From Camelus dromedarius (taxonomy: Eukaryota), in assembly GCF_036321535.1 (NCBI RefSeq), contig NC_087436.1, forward strand, positions 3,658,001-3,722,000: DNA of 64,000 bases, in the 5' to 3' direction. Shown here piece after piece: positions 52,801 through 64,000 of the stretch (position 1 is its first letter; every line of letters starts with the position of its first letter). The translations under genes and the position numbers were made by a program. The notes below the pieces were generated by a model. The model was not told the DNA's origin. It worked only from the letters and a program-made list of their open reading frames with translations, and searched no databases.

Positions 52801-55800
52801 AGTGCCTGTTGGGAGATCCTGCAGTTTTCACTGTAAAACCGAGTTGGAGCTAGTACCTCCCCATATATATTTATGGAGTGGGGTTTGCAAGTGAAAACAA
52901 ACTTTGTGTTCCCAACAAGCAAGTTGAAGTACGGCTTTCACACACACTTATCTCTCAGAACTGAGCATGTATAGAGACGTTCGTTCATCTAGCACAAAGG
53001 GAACGGGTTGCAGGAGAAACTTTTACTCTGGTTTCTCAGTGTGTTTCCTAGAGCCGGTTGGAAGTTAGTGCACTTTTCAGTGTAAAACCGAGTTTGAGCT
53101 AGTACCTCCCCATATATATGTATGGAGTGGTGTTTGCAACTGAAAAGAAACTTTGTGTTCCCAACAAGCTAGGTGAAGGGCGGCTTTCACACCCACTTAT
53201 CTCTCAGAACTGAGCATGTGGAGAGACGTTCGTTCATCTAGCAGAAAGGGAAGAGTTTGCAGGAGAAACTTTTACTCTGTTTTCTCAGTCTTTTTCCTAC
53301 TGCCGGGTTGATGTTCCTGCAGTTTTCACTGTAAAACCGAGTTGGAGCTAGTAACTCCCCATATATATGTATGGAGTGGAGATTGCAACTGAAAAGAAAC
53401 TTTGTGTTCCCAACAAGCTAGGTGAAGGACGGCTTTCACACACACTTATATCTCAGAACTGAGCATGTGGAGAGACGTTCGTTCATCTAGCACAAAGGGA
53501 AAGGGTTGCAGCAGAAACTTTAACTCTGATTTCTCAGTCTGTTTCCTAGTGCCGGTTTGAAGTTCCTGCAGTTTTCACAGTAAACCCGAGTTGGAGCTAG
53601 TACCTCGCCATATATATGTATGGAGAGGAGTTTGCAAGTGAAAAGAATGTTTGTGTTCCCAACAAGCTACGTGAAGGACGGCTTTCACACACACTTATCT
53701 CTCAGAACTGAGCATGTGGAGAGACGTTCGTTCATCTAGCACAAAGGGAAAGGGTTGCAGCAGAAACTTTTACTCTGTTTTCTCAGTCTTTTTCCTAGTG
53801 CCGGTTTGAAGTTCCTGCAGTTTTCACTGTAAAACCGAGTTGGAGCTAGAACCTCCCCATATATATGTATGGAGTGGAATTTGCAAGTGAAAAGGAATTT
53901 TGTGTTCCCAACAAGCTAGGTGAAGGACGGTTTCACACACACTTATCTCTCAGAAATGAGCATTTGGAGAGACGTTCGTTAATCTAGCACAAAGGGAACG
54001 GGTTGGAGGAGTAACTTTTACTCTGGTTTCTCAGTCTGTTTCCTAGTGCCGGTTTGAAGTTCCTGAAGTTTTCACTGTAAAACCGAGTTGGAGCTAGTAC
54101 CTCCCCATATATATGTATGGAGTGGAGTTTGCATCTGAAAAGTAACTTTGTGTTTCCAACAAGCTAGGTGAAGGACGGCATTCACACACACTTATCTCTC
54201 AGAACTGAGCATGTGGAGAGACGTTCGTTCATCTAGCACAAAGGGAATGGGATGCAGGAGAAACATTTACTCAGGTTTCTCAGTCTGTTTCCTAGTGCCG
54301 GTTTGAAGTTCCTGCAGTTTTCACTGTAAAACCGAGTTAGAGCTTGTACCTCCCCATATATATGTATGGAGTGGTGTTTGCAACTAAAAAGAATCTTGTG
54401 TTCCCAACAAGCTAGTTGAAGGACGGCTTTCACACACACATATCTCTCAGAACTGAGCATGTGGATAAACGTTCGTTCATCTAGCACAAACGGAAAGGGT
54501 TGCAGCAGAAACTTATACCATGGTTTCTCAGTCTTTTTCCTAGTGCCGGTTTGAATTTCCTGCAGTTTTCACTGTAAAACCGAGTTGGAGCTAGTACATC
54601 CCCTTAAATATGTATGGAGTGGTGTTTGCAAGTGAACAGAAACTTTGTTTTCCCAAAAAGCTAGGTGAAGGACGGCTTTCACACACACTTATCACTCAGA
54701 ACTGAGCATGTGGAGAGACGTTCGTTCATCTAGCACAAAAGGAACGGGTTGCAGGAGAAAATTTTACTCTGGTTTCTCAGTATGTTTCCTAGTGCCGGTT
54801 TGAAGTTCCTGCAGTTTACACTGTAAAACGCAGTTGGAGATATTACCTCCCCATATATATGTATGGAGTGGAGTTTGCAAGTGAAAAGAAACTTTGTGTT
54901 CCCAACAAGCTAGGTGAAGGACGGTTTTCACACACACTTATCTCTCAGAACTGAGCATGTGGAGAGACTTTCGTTCATCTAGCACAAAGGGAACGGGTTG
55001 CAGGAGAAACTTTTACTCTGGTTTCTCAGTCTGTTTCCTAGTGCCGGTTTGAAGTTCCTGCAGTTTTCACTGTAAAACCGATTTGGAGATAGTACCAACA
55101 ATTATATATGTATGGAGTGGTGTTTGCAACTAAAAAGAAACTTTGTGTTCCCAACAAGCTAGTTGAAGGACGGCTTTCACACACACATATCTCTCAGAAC
55201 TGAGCATGTGGAGAAACGTTCGTTCATCTAGCACAAAGGGAAAGGGTTGCAGCAGAAACTTTTACTCTGTTTTCTCAGTCTTTTTCCTAGTGCCGGTTTG
55301 AAGTTCCTGCAGTTTTCACTGTAAAACCGAGTTGGAGCTAGTACCTCCCCATATATATGTATGGAGTGGAGTTTGCATCTGAAAAGTAACTTTGTGTTTC
55401 CAACAAGCTAGGTGAAGGACGGCATTCACACACACTTATCTCTCAGAACTGAGCATGTGGAGAGACGTTCGTTCATCTAGCACAAAGGGAATGGGATGCA
55501 GGAGAAACATTTACTCAGGTTTCTCAGTCTGTTTCCTAGTGCCGGTTTGAAGTTCCTGCAGTTTTCACTGTAAAACCGAGTTAGAGCTTGTACCTCCCCA
55601 TATATATGTATGGAGTGGTGTTTGCAACTAAAAAGAATCTTGTGTTCCCAACAAGCTAGTTGAAGGACGGCTTTCACACACACATATCTCTCAGAACTGA
55701 GCATGTGGATAAACGTTCGTTCATCTAGCACAAACGGAAAGGGTTGCAGCAGAAACTTATACCATGGTTTCTCAGTCTTTTTCCTAGTGCCGGTTTGAAT

Positions 55801-58800
55801 TTCCTGCAGTTTTCACTGTAAAACCGAGTTGGAGCTAGTACATCCCCTTAAATATGTATGGAGTGGTGTTTGCAAGTGAACAGAAACTTTGTTTTCCCAA
55901 AAAGCTAGGTGAAGGACGGCTTTCACACACACTTATCACTCAGAACTGAGCATGTGGAGAGACGTTCGTTCATCTAGCACAAAAGGAACGGGTTGCAGGA
56001 GAAAATTTTACTCTGGTTTCTCAGTATGTTTCCTAGTGCCGGTTTGAAGTTCCTGCAGTTTACACTGTAAAACGCAGTTGGAGATATTACCTCCCCATAT
56101 ATATGTATGGAGTGGAGTTTGCAAGTGAAAAGAAACTTTGTGTTCCCAACAAGCTAGGTGAAGGACGGTTTTCACACACACTTATCTCTCAGAACTGAGC
56201 ATGTGGAGAGACTTTCGTTCATCTAGCACAAAGGGAACGGGTTGCAGGAGAAACTTTTACTCTGGTTTCTCAGTCTGTTTCCTAGTGCCGGTTTGAAGTT
56301 CCTGCAGTTTTCACTGTAAAACCGATTTGGAGATAGTACCAACAATTATATATGTATGGAGTGGTGTTTGCAACTAAAAAGAAACTTTGTGTTCCCAACA
56401 AGCTAGTTGAAGGACGGCTTTCACACACACATATCTCTCAGAACTGAGCATGTGGAGAAACGTTCGTTCATCTAGCACAAAGGGAAAGGGTTGCAGCAGA
56501 AACTTATACCCTGTTTTCTCAGTCTTTTTCCTAGTGCCGGTTTGAATTTCCTGCAGTTTTCACTGTAAAACCGAGTTGGAGCTAGTACCTCCCCATATAT
56601 ATGTATGGAGTGGAATTGGAAACTGAAAACAAACTTTGTGTTCCCAACAAGCTAGGTGAAGGACGGCTTTCACACACACTTATCTCTCAGAACTGAGTAT
56701 GTGGAGAGAATTTCATTCATCTATCACAAAGGGAATGGATTGCAGGAGAAAATTTACTCTGGTTTCTCAGAGTGTTTCCTAGTGCCTGTTGGGAGATCCT
56801 GCAGTTTTCACTGTAAAACCGAGTTGGAGCTAGTACCTCCCCATATATATTTATGGAGTGGGGTTTGCAAGTGAAAACAAACATTGTGTTCCCAACAAGC
56901 TAGGTGAAGGACGGCTTTCACACACAATTATCTCTCAGAACTGAGCATGTGGAGGGACTTTCGTTCATCTAGCACAAAGGGAACGGGTTGCAGGGGAAAC
57001 TTTTACTCTGGTTTCTCAGTCTGTTTCCTAGTGCCGGTTTGAATTTCCTGCAGTTTTCACTGTAAAACCGTGTTGGAGCTAGTACCTCCCCATATATATG
57101 TATGGAGTGGAGTTTGCAACTGAAAAGAAACTTTGTGTTCCCAACAAGCTAGGTGAAGGACGGCTTTCACACACACTTATCTCTCAGAACTGAGCATGTG
57201 GAGAGACGTTCGTTCATCTAGCACAAAGGGAACGGTTTGCAGGAGAAACTTTTACTCTGGTTTCTCAGTCTGTTTCCTAGAGCCGGTTGGATGTTCCTAC
57301 ATTTTTCCGTGTAAAACCGAGTTGGAGCTAGTATCTCCCCATATATATGTATGGAGTGGAGTTTGCAAGTGAAAAGAAACTTTGTGTTCCCAACAAGCTA
57401 GGTGAAGGACGGGTTTCACACACACATATCTCTCAGAACTGAGCATGTGGAGAGACATTCGTTCATCTAGCACAAAGGGAACGGGTGGCAGGAGAAACTT
57501 TTCCTCTGGTTTCTCAGTCTGTTTCCAAGTGGCGGTTTGAAGTTCCTGCAGTTTTCAATGTAAAACCGAGTTGGAGCTTGTATCTCCCCATATATATGTA
57601 TGGAGTGGTGTTTGCAACTGAAAAGAAACTTTGTGTTCCCAACAAGCAAGTTGAAGTACGGCTTTCACACACACTTATCTCTCAGAACTGAGCATGTATA
57701 GAGACGTTCGTTCATCTAGCACAAAGGGAACGGGTTGCAGGAGAAACTTTTCTCTGGTTTCTCAGTGTGTTTCCTAGAGCCGGTTGGAAGTTAGTGCACT
57801 TTTCAGTGTAAAACCGAGTTGGAGCTAGTACCTCCCCATATATATGTATGGAGTGGTGTTTGCAACTGAAAAGAAACTTTGTGTTCCCAACAAGCTAGGT
57901 GAAGGGCGGCTTTCACACCCACTTATCTCTCAGAACTGAGCATGTGGAGAGACGTTCGTTCATCTAGCAGAAAGGGAAGAGTTTGCAGGAGAAACTTTTA
58001 CTCTGTTTTCTCAGTCTTTTTCCTACTGCCGGGTTGATGTTCCTGCAGTTTTCACTGTAAAAAAGGGTTGGAGCTATTACCTCCCCATATATATGTATGG
58101 AGTGGTGTTTGCAACTGAAAAGATACTTTGTGTTCCCAACAAGCTAGGTGAAGCACGGCTTTCACACACAATTATCTCTCAGAATGAGCATGTGGAGAGA
58201 CGTTCGTTCATCTAGCACAAATGGAACGGGTTGCAGGGGAAACTTTTCCTCTGGTTTCTCAGTCTGTTTCCTAGTGACGGTTTGATGTTCCTGCAGTTTT
58301 CACTGTAAAACCGAGTTGGAGCTAGTAACTCCCCATATATATGTATGGAGTGGAGATTGCAACTGAAAAGAAACTTTGTGTTCCCAACAAGCTAGGTGAA
58401 GGACGGCTTTCACACACACTTATATCTCAGAACTGAGCATGTGGAGAGACGTTCGTTCATCTAGCACAAAGGGAAAGGGTTGCAGCAGAAACTTTAACTC
58501 TGATTTCTCAGTCTGTTTCCTAGTGCCGGTTTGAAGTTCCTGCAGTTTTCACAGTAAACCCGAGTTGGAGCTAGTACCTCGCCATATATATGTATGGAGA
58601 GGAGTTTGCAAGTGAAAAGAATGTTTGTGTTCCCAACAAGCTACGTGAAGGACGGCTTTCACACACACTTATCTCTCAGAACTGAGCATGTGGAGAGACG
58701 TTCGTTCATCTAGCACAAAGGGAAAGGGTTGCAGCAGAAACTTTTACTCTGTTTTCTCAGTCTTTTTCCTAGTGCCGGTTTGAAGTTCCTGCAGTTTTCA

Positions 58801-61800
58801 CTGTAAAACCGAGTTGGAGCTCGAACCTCCCCATATATATGTAAGGAGTGGAATTTGCAAGTGAAAAGGAATTTTGTGTTCCCAACAAGCTAGTTGAAGG
58901 ACGGTTTCACACACACTTATCTCTCAGAAATGAGCATTTGGAGAGACGTTCGTTCATCTAGCACAAAGGGAACGGGTTGCAGGAGTAACTTTTACTCTGG
59001 TTTCTCAGTCTGTTTCCTAGTGCCGGTTTGAAGTTCCTGAAGTTTTCACTGTAAAACCGAGTTGGAGCTAGTACCTCCCCATATATATGTATGGAGTGGA
59101 GTTTGCATCTGAAAAGTAACTTTGTGTTTCCAACAAGCTAGGTGAAGGACGGCATTCACACACACTTATCTCTCAGAACTGAGCATGTGGAGAGACGTTC
59201 GTTCATCTAGCACAAAGGGAATGGGATGCAGGAGAAACATTTACTCAGGTTTCTCAGTCTGTTTCCTAGTGCCGGTTTGAAGTTTCTGCAGTTTTCACTG
59301 TAAAACCGAGTTAGAGCTTGTACCTCCCCATATATATGTATGGAGTGGTGTTTGCAACTAAAAAGAATCTTGTGTTCCCAACAAGCTAGTTGAAGGACGG
59401 CTTTCACACACACATATCTCTCAGAACTGAGCATGTGGATAAACGTTCGTTCATCTAGCACAAACGGAAAGGGTTGCAGCAGAAACTTATACCATGGTTT
59501 CTCAGTCTTTTTCCTAGTGCCGGTTTGAATTTCCTGCAGTTTTCACTGTAAAACCGAGTTGGAGCTAGTACATCCCCTTAAATATGTATGGAGTGGTGTT
59601 TGCAAGTGAACAGAAACTTTGTTTTCCCAAAAAACTAGGTGAAGGACGGCTTTCACACACACTTATCACTCAGAACTGAGCATGTGGAGAGACGTTCGTT
59701 CATCTAGCACAAAAGGAACGGGTTGCAGGAGAAAATTTTACTCTGGTTTCTCAGTATGTTTCCTAGTGCCGGTTTGAAGTTCCTGCAGTTTACACTGTAA
59801 AACGCAGTTGGAGATATTACCTCCCCATATATATGTATGGAGTGGAGTTTGCAAGTGAAAAGAAACTTTGTGTTCCCAACAAGCTAGGTGAAGGACGGTT
59901 TTCACACACACTTATCTCTCAGAACTGAGCATGTGGAGAGACTTTCGTTCATCTAGCACAAAGGGAACGGGTTGCAGGAGAAACTTTTACTCTGGTTTCT
60001 CAGTCTGTTTCCTAGTGCCGGTTTGAAGTTCCTGCAGTTTTCACTGTAAAACCGATTTGGAGATAGTACCAACAATTATATATGTATGGAGTGGTGTTTG
60101 CAACTAAAAAGAAACTTTGTGTTCCCAACAAGCTAGTTGAAGGACGGCTTTCACACACACATATCTCTCAGAACTGAGCATGTGGAGAAACGTTCGTTCA
60201 TCTAGCACAAAGGGAATGGGTTGCAGCAGAAACTTATACCCTGTTTTCTCAGTCTTTTTCCTAGTGCCGGTTTGAATTTCCTGCAGTTTTCACTGTAAAA
60301 CCGAGTTGGAGCTAGTACCTCCCCATATATATGTATGGAGTGGAATTGGAAACTGAAAACAAACTTTGTGTTCCCAACAAGCTAGGTGAAGGACGGCTTT
60401 CACACACACTTATCTCTCAGAACTGAGCATGTGGAGAGACGTTCGTTCATCTAGCACAAATGTAACGGGTTGAAGGAGAAACTTTTACTCTGGTTTCTCA
60501 GTCTGTTTCCTAGTGCCGGTTTGAAGTTCCTGCAGTTTTCACTGTAAAACAGATTTGGAGCTAGGACCTCCCCATATATATGTATGGAGTGGAGTTTGCA
60601 ACTGAAAAGAAACTTTGTGTTCCCAACAAGCAAGGTGAAAGACGGCTTTCACTCACACTTAACTCTCAGAACTGAGCATGTGGAGAGACGTTCGTTCATC
60701 TACCACAAAGGGAACGGTTTGCAGGGGAAACTTTTTCTCTGGTTTCTCAGTCTGTTTCCTAGTGCCGGTTTGAAGTTCCTGAAGTTATCACTGAAAAACC
60801 GATTTGGATCTAGTACCTCGCCATATATATGTATGGAGTGGAGTTTGCAAGTGAAAAGAAACTTTGTGTTCCCAACAAGCTAGGTGAAGGACGGCTTCCA
60901 CACACACTTATCTCTCAGAACTGAGCATGTGGAGAGACGTTCGTTCATCTAGCACAAAGGGAACGGGTTGCAGGAGAAACTTTTCCTCTGGTTTCTCAGT
61001 CTGTTTCCTAGTCCCGGTTTGAATTTCCTGCATTTTCACTGCAAAACCGAGTTGGAGCTAGTACCTCCCCATATATATTTGTGGAGTGGGGTATGCAACT
61101 GAAAAGAAACTTTGTGTTCCCAACAAGCTAGGTGAAGGACGGGTTTCACACACACAATTATCTCTCAGACATGAGCATGTGGAGAGACGTTCGTTCATCT
61201 AGCACAAAGGGAACGGGTGGCAGGAGAAACATTTCCTCTGGTTTCTCAGTCTGTTTCCAAGTGCCGGTTTGAAGTTCCTGCAGTTTTCACTGTAAAACAG
61301 AGTTGGAGCTTGTACCTCCCCATATATATGTATGGAATGGAGTTAGCAACTGAAAAGAAACTTTGTGTTCCCAACAAGCTAGGTGAAGGACGGCTTTCAC
61401 ACACAGTTATCTCTCAGAACTGAGCATGTGGAGAGACGTTCATTCATCTATCACAATGGGAACGGTTTGCAGGAGAAAATTTACTCTGGTTTCTCAGTCG
61501 GTTTCCTAGTGCCTGTTGGAAGTTCCTGCAATTTTCACTGTAAAACCGAGTTGGGTCTAGTACCTCCCCATATATATGTATTGAGTGGAGTTTGCAACTG
61601 TAAAGAAACTTTGTGTTCCCAACAAGCTATGTGAAGGACGGCTTTCACACACACTTATCTCTCAGGACTGAGCATGTGGAGAGACGTTCGTTCATCTAGC
61701 ACAAAGGGAACGTGTTGCAGGAGAAACTTTTACTATGGTTTCTCAGTCTGTTTCCTAGTAACGGTTTGAAGTTCCTTCAGTTTTCAATGTAAAAACGAGT

Positions 61801-64000
61801 TGGAGCTTGTAGCTCCCCATATATATGTATGGAGTGGATTTTGAAAATGAAAATAAACTTTGTGTTCCCAACAAACTTGGTGAAGTACGGCTTTCACACA
61901 CTTATCTCTCAGAACTGAGCATATGGAGAGACGTTCGTTCATCTAGCACAAAGGGAACGGGTTGCAGGAGAATCTTTTACTCTGGTTTCTCAGTCTGTTT
62001 CCTAGTGCCGGTTTGAAGTTCCTGCAGTTTTCACTGTAAAAACTAGTTGGAGCTAGTACCTCCCCCTATATATGTATGGAGTGGAGTTTGCAAATGAAAA
62101 GAAACTTTGTGTTCCCAACAACATAGGTGAAGTACGGCTTTCGCACACTAATATCTCTCAGAACTGAGCATGTGGAGAGACGTTCGTTCATCTAGCACAA
62201 ATGGAACGGGTTGCAGGAGAAACTTTTACACTGGTTTCTCACTCAGTTTCCTAGTGCCGGTTTGAAGTTCCTCCAGTTTTCACTGTAAAACAGAGTTGGA
62301 GCTAGTACCTCCCCTTATATATGTATGGAGTGGTGTTTGCAACTAAAAAGATACTTTGTGTTCCCAACAAGCTAGTTAAAGGACGGCTTTCACCCACACA
62401 TATATCTCAGAACTGAGCATGTGGAGAGACGTTCGTTCATCTAGCACAAATGGAACTAGTTGCAGGAGATAACTTTTACTCTGTTTTCTCAGTCTGTTTC
62501 TTAGTGCCGGTTTGAAATTCCTGCAGTTTTCACTGTAAAACCGAGTTGGAGCTAGTACATCCCCTTAAATATGTATGGAGTGTTGTTTGCAAGTGAACAG
62601 AAACTTTGTTTTCCCAAAAAGCTAGGTGAAGGACGGCTTTCACACACACTTATCACTCAGAACTGAGCATGTGCAGAGACGTTCGTTCATCTAGCACAAA
62701 AGGAACGGGTTGCAGGAGAAAATTTTACTCTGGTTTCTCAGTATGTTTCCTAGTGCCGGTTTGAAGTTCCTGCAGTTTACACTGTAAAACGCAGTTGGAG
62801 ATATTACCTCCCCTTATATATGTATGGAGTGGAGTTTGCAAGTGAAAAGAAACTTTGTGTTCCCAACAAGCTAGGTGAAGGACGGCTTTCACACACAATT
62901 ATCTCTCAGAATGAGCATGTGGAGAGACGTTCGTTCATCTAGCACAAATGGAACGGGTTGCAGGGGAAACTTTTCCTCTGGTTTCTCAGTCTGTTTCCTA
63001 GTGCCGGTTTGATGTTCCTGCAGTTTTCACTGTAAAACCGAGTTGGAGCTAGTACCTCCCCATATATATGTATGGAGTGGAGATTGCAACTGAAAAGAAA
63101 CTTTGTGTTCCCAACAAGCTAGGTGAAGGACGGCTTTCACACACACTTATATCTCAGAACTGAGCATGTGGAGAGACGTTCGTTCATATAGCACAAAGGG
63201 AAAGGGTTGCAGCAGAAACTTTAACTCTGCTTTCTCAGTCTGTTTCCTAGTGCCGGTTTGAAGTTCCTGCAGTTTTCACAGTAAACCCGAGTTGGAGCTA
63301 GTACCTCGCCATATATATGTATGGAGAGGAGTTTGCAAGTAAAAAGAATGTTTGTGTTCCCAACAAGCTACGTGAAGGACGGCTTTCACACACACTTATC
63401 TCTCAGAACTGAGCATGTGGAGAGACGTTCGTTCATCTAGCACAAAGGGAAAGGGTTGCAGCAGAAACTTTTACTCTGTTTTCTCAGTCTTTTTCCTAGT
63501 GCCGGTTTGAAGTTCCTGCAGTTTTCACTGTAAAACCGAGTTGGAGCTAGTACCTCCCCATATATATGTATGGAGTGGAATTTGCAAGTGAAAAGGAATT
63601 TTGTGTTCCCAACAAGCTAGGTGAAGGACGGTTTCACACACACTTATCTCTCAGAAATGAGCATTTGGAGAGACGTTCGTTCATCTAGCACAAAGGGAAC
63701 GGGTTGCAGGAGTAACTTTTACTCTGGTTTCTCAGTCTGTTTCCTAGTGCCGGTTTGAAGTTCCTGAATTTTTCACTGTAAAACCGAGTTGGAGCTAGTA
63801 CCTCCCCATATATATGTATGGAGTGGAGTTTGCATCTGAAAAGTAACTTTGTGTTTCCAACAAGCTAGGTGAAGGACGGCATTCACACACACTTATCTCT
63901 CAGAACTGAGCATGTGGAGAGACGTTCGTTCATCTAGCACAAAGGGAACGGGATGCAGGAGAAACATTTACTCAGGTTTCTCAGTCTGTTTCCTAGTGCC
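40860..64000. repeat. Shuffled domain D: rearranged multi-monomer blocks of the domain-C subfamily
   Basis: Block copies at offsets 8955-8956 (42561/51517, 43289/52244, 43721/52676), 12686 (44781/57467), 13432 (47019/60451), 1742 (49009/50751), 1244 (54233/55477) and 3730 (55477/59207). Confidence 0.82.
54090..56500. repeat. Local tandem duplication with a 5-monomer period (1244 bp)
   Basis: gcatctgaaaagtaac at ~54131 and ~55375; aaacgcagttggagatattac at ~54826 and ~56070; accaacaatt at ~55094 and ~56338; identical ORFs at 54233 and 55477. Confidence 0.85.

Larger units (their letters stand above)
1..64000. repeat. Tandem satellite DNA array, ~249-bp monomer, ~257 copies, single orientation; probably (peri)centromeric
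   Basis: Consensus read by eye: agacgttcgttcatctagcacaaagggaacgggttgcaggagaaacttttactctggtttctcagtctgtttcctagtgccggtttgaagttcctgcagttttcactgtaaaaccgagttggagctagtacctccccatatatatgtatggagtggagtttgcaactgaaaagaaactttgtgttcccaacaagctaggtgaaggacggctttcacacacacttatctctcagaactgagcatgtggag. The motif tagcacaaa at 16 recurs at 63935 (63919 bp = 257 x 248.7). The array runs off both window ends. A centromeric location is inferred from architecture only. Confidence 0.98.

Noticed and set aside
808..62016. All ORFs in the six-frame track (60-99 aa) as protein-coding genes
   Set aside because: They are translations of the satellite in several frames on both strands. The 249-bp unit is divisible by 3, so the same peptides recur, and they open or close with random SNPs. 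I used them only as markers of repeat periodicity.
1..64000. CRISPR array or other repeat-spacer system
   Set aside because: There are no unique spacers; the entire unit is repeated with only point variation.
1..64000. Embedded transposon, inversion or unique-sequence island
   Set aside because: Reading through, every segment matched the monomer in the same orientation and the end-to-end phase is consistent with 257 units. A very short insertion could have been missed by eye.

Overview
The whole 64 kb window is one uninterrupted, head-to-tail array of a ~249-bp satellite monomer (about 257 copies, all in one orientation), typical of eukaryotic centromeric or pericentromeric DNA. I cannot assign the family or organism. 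I found no genes, transposon insertions or inversions, and all listed ORFs are chance frames of the repeat. Diagnostic variants divide the array into layers: a short divergent start, a nested 12-mer/23-mer higher-order repeat (HOR) domain (~1.6-13.3 kb), an irregular mosaic of the same subfamily (~13.3-26 kb), and a second subfamily after ~26 kb with a 14-mer-derived 12-mer HOR (2986 bp x3) followed by shuffled multi-monomer blocks. The monomer has no canonical CENP-B box but is dense in dyad symmetry, including a ~97-nt imperfect fold-back. One variant monomer carries apparently compensatory substitutions that keep two overlapping dyads. All analysis was by eye, so internal boundaries are approximate (within about one monomer).
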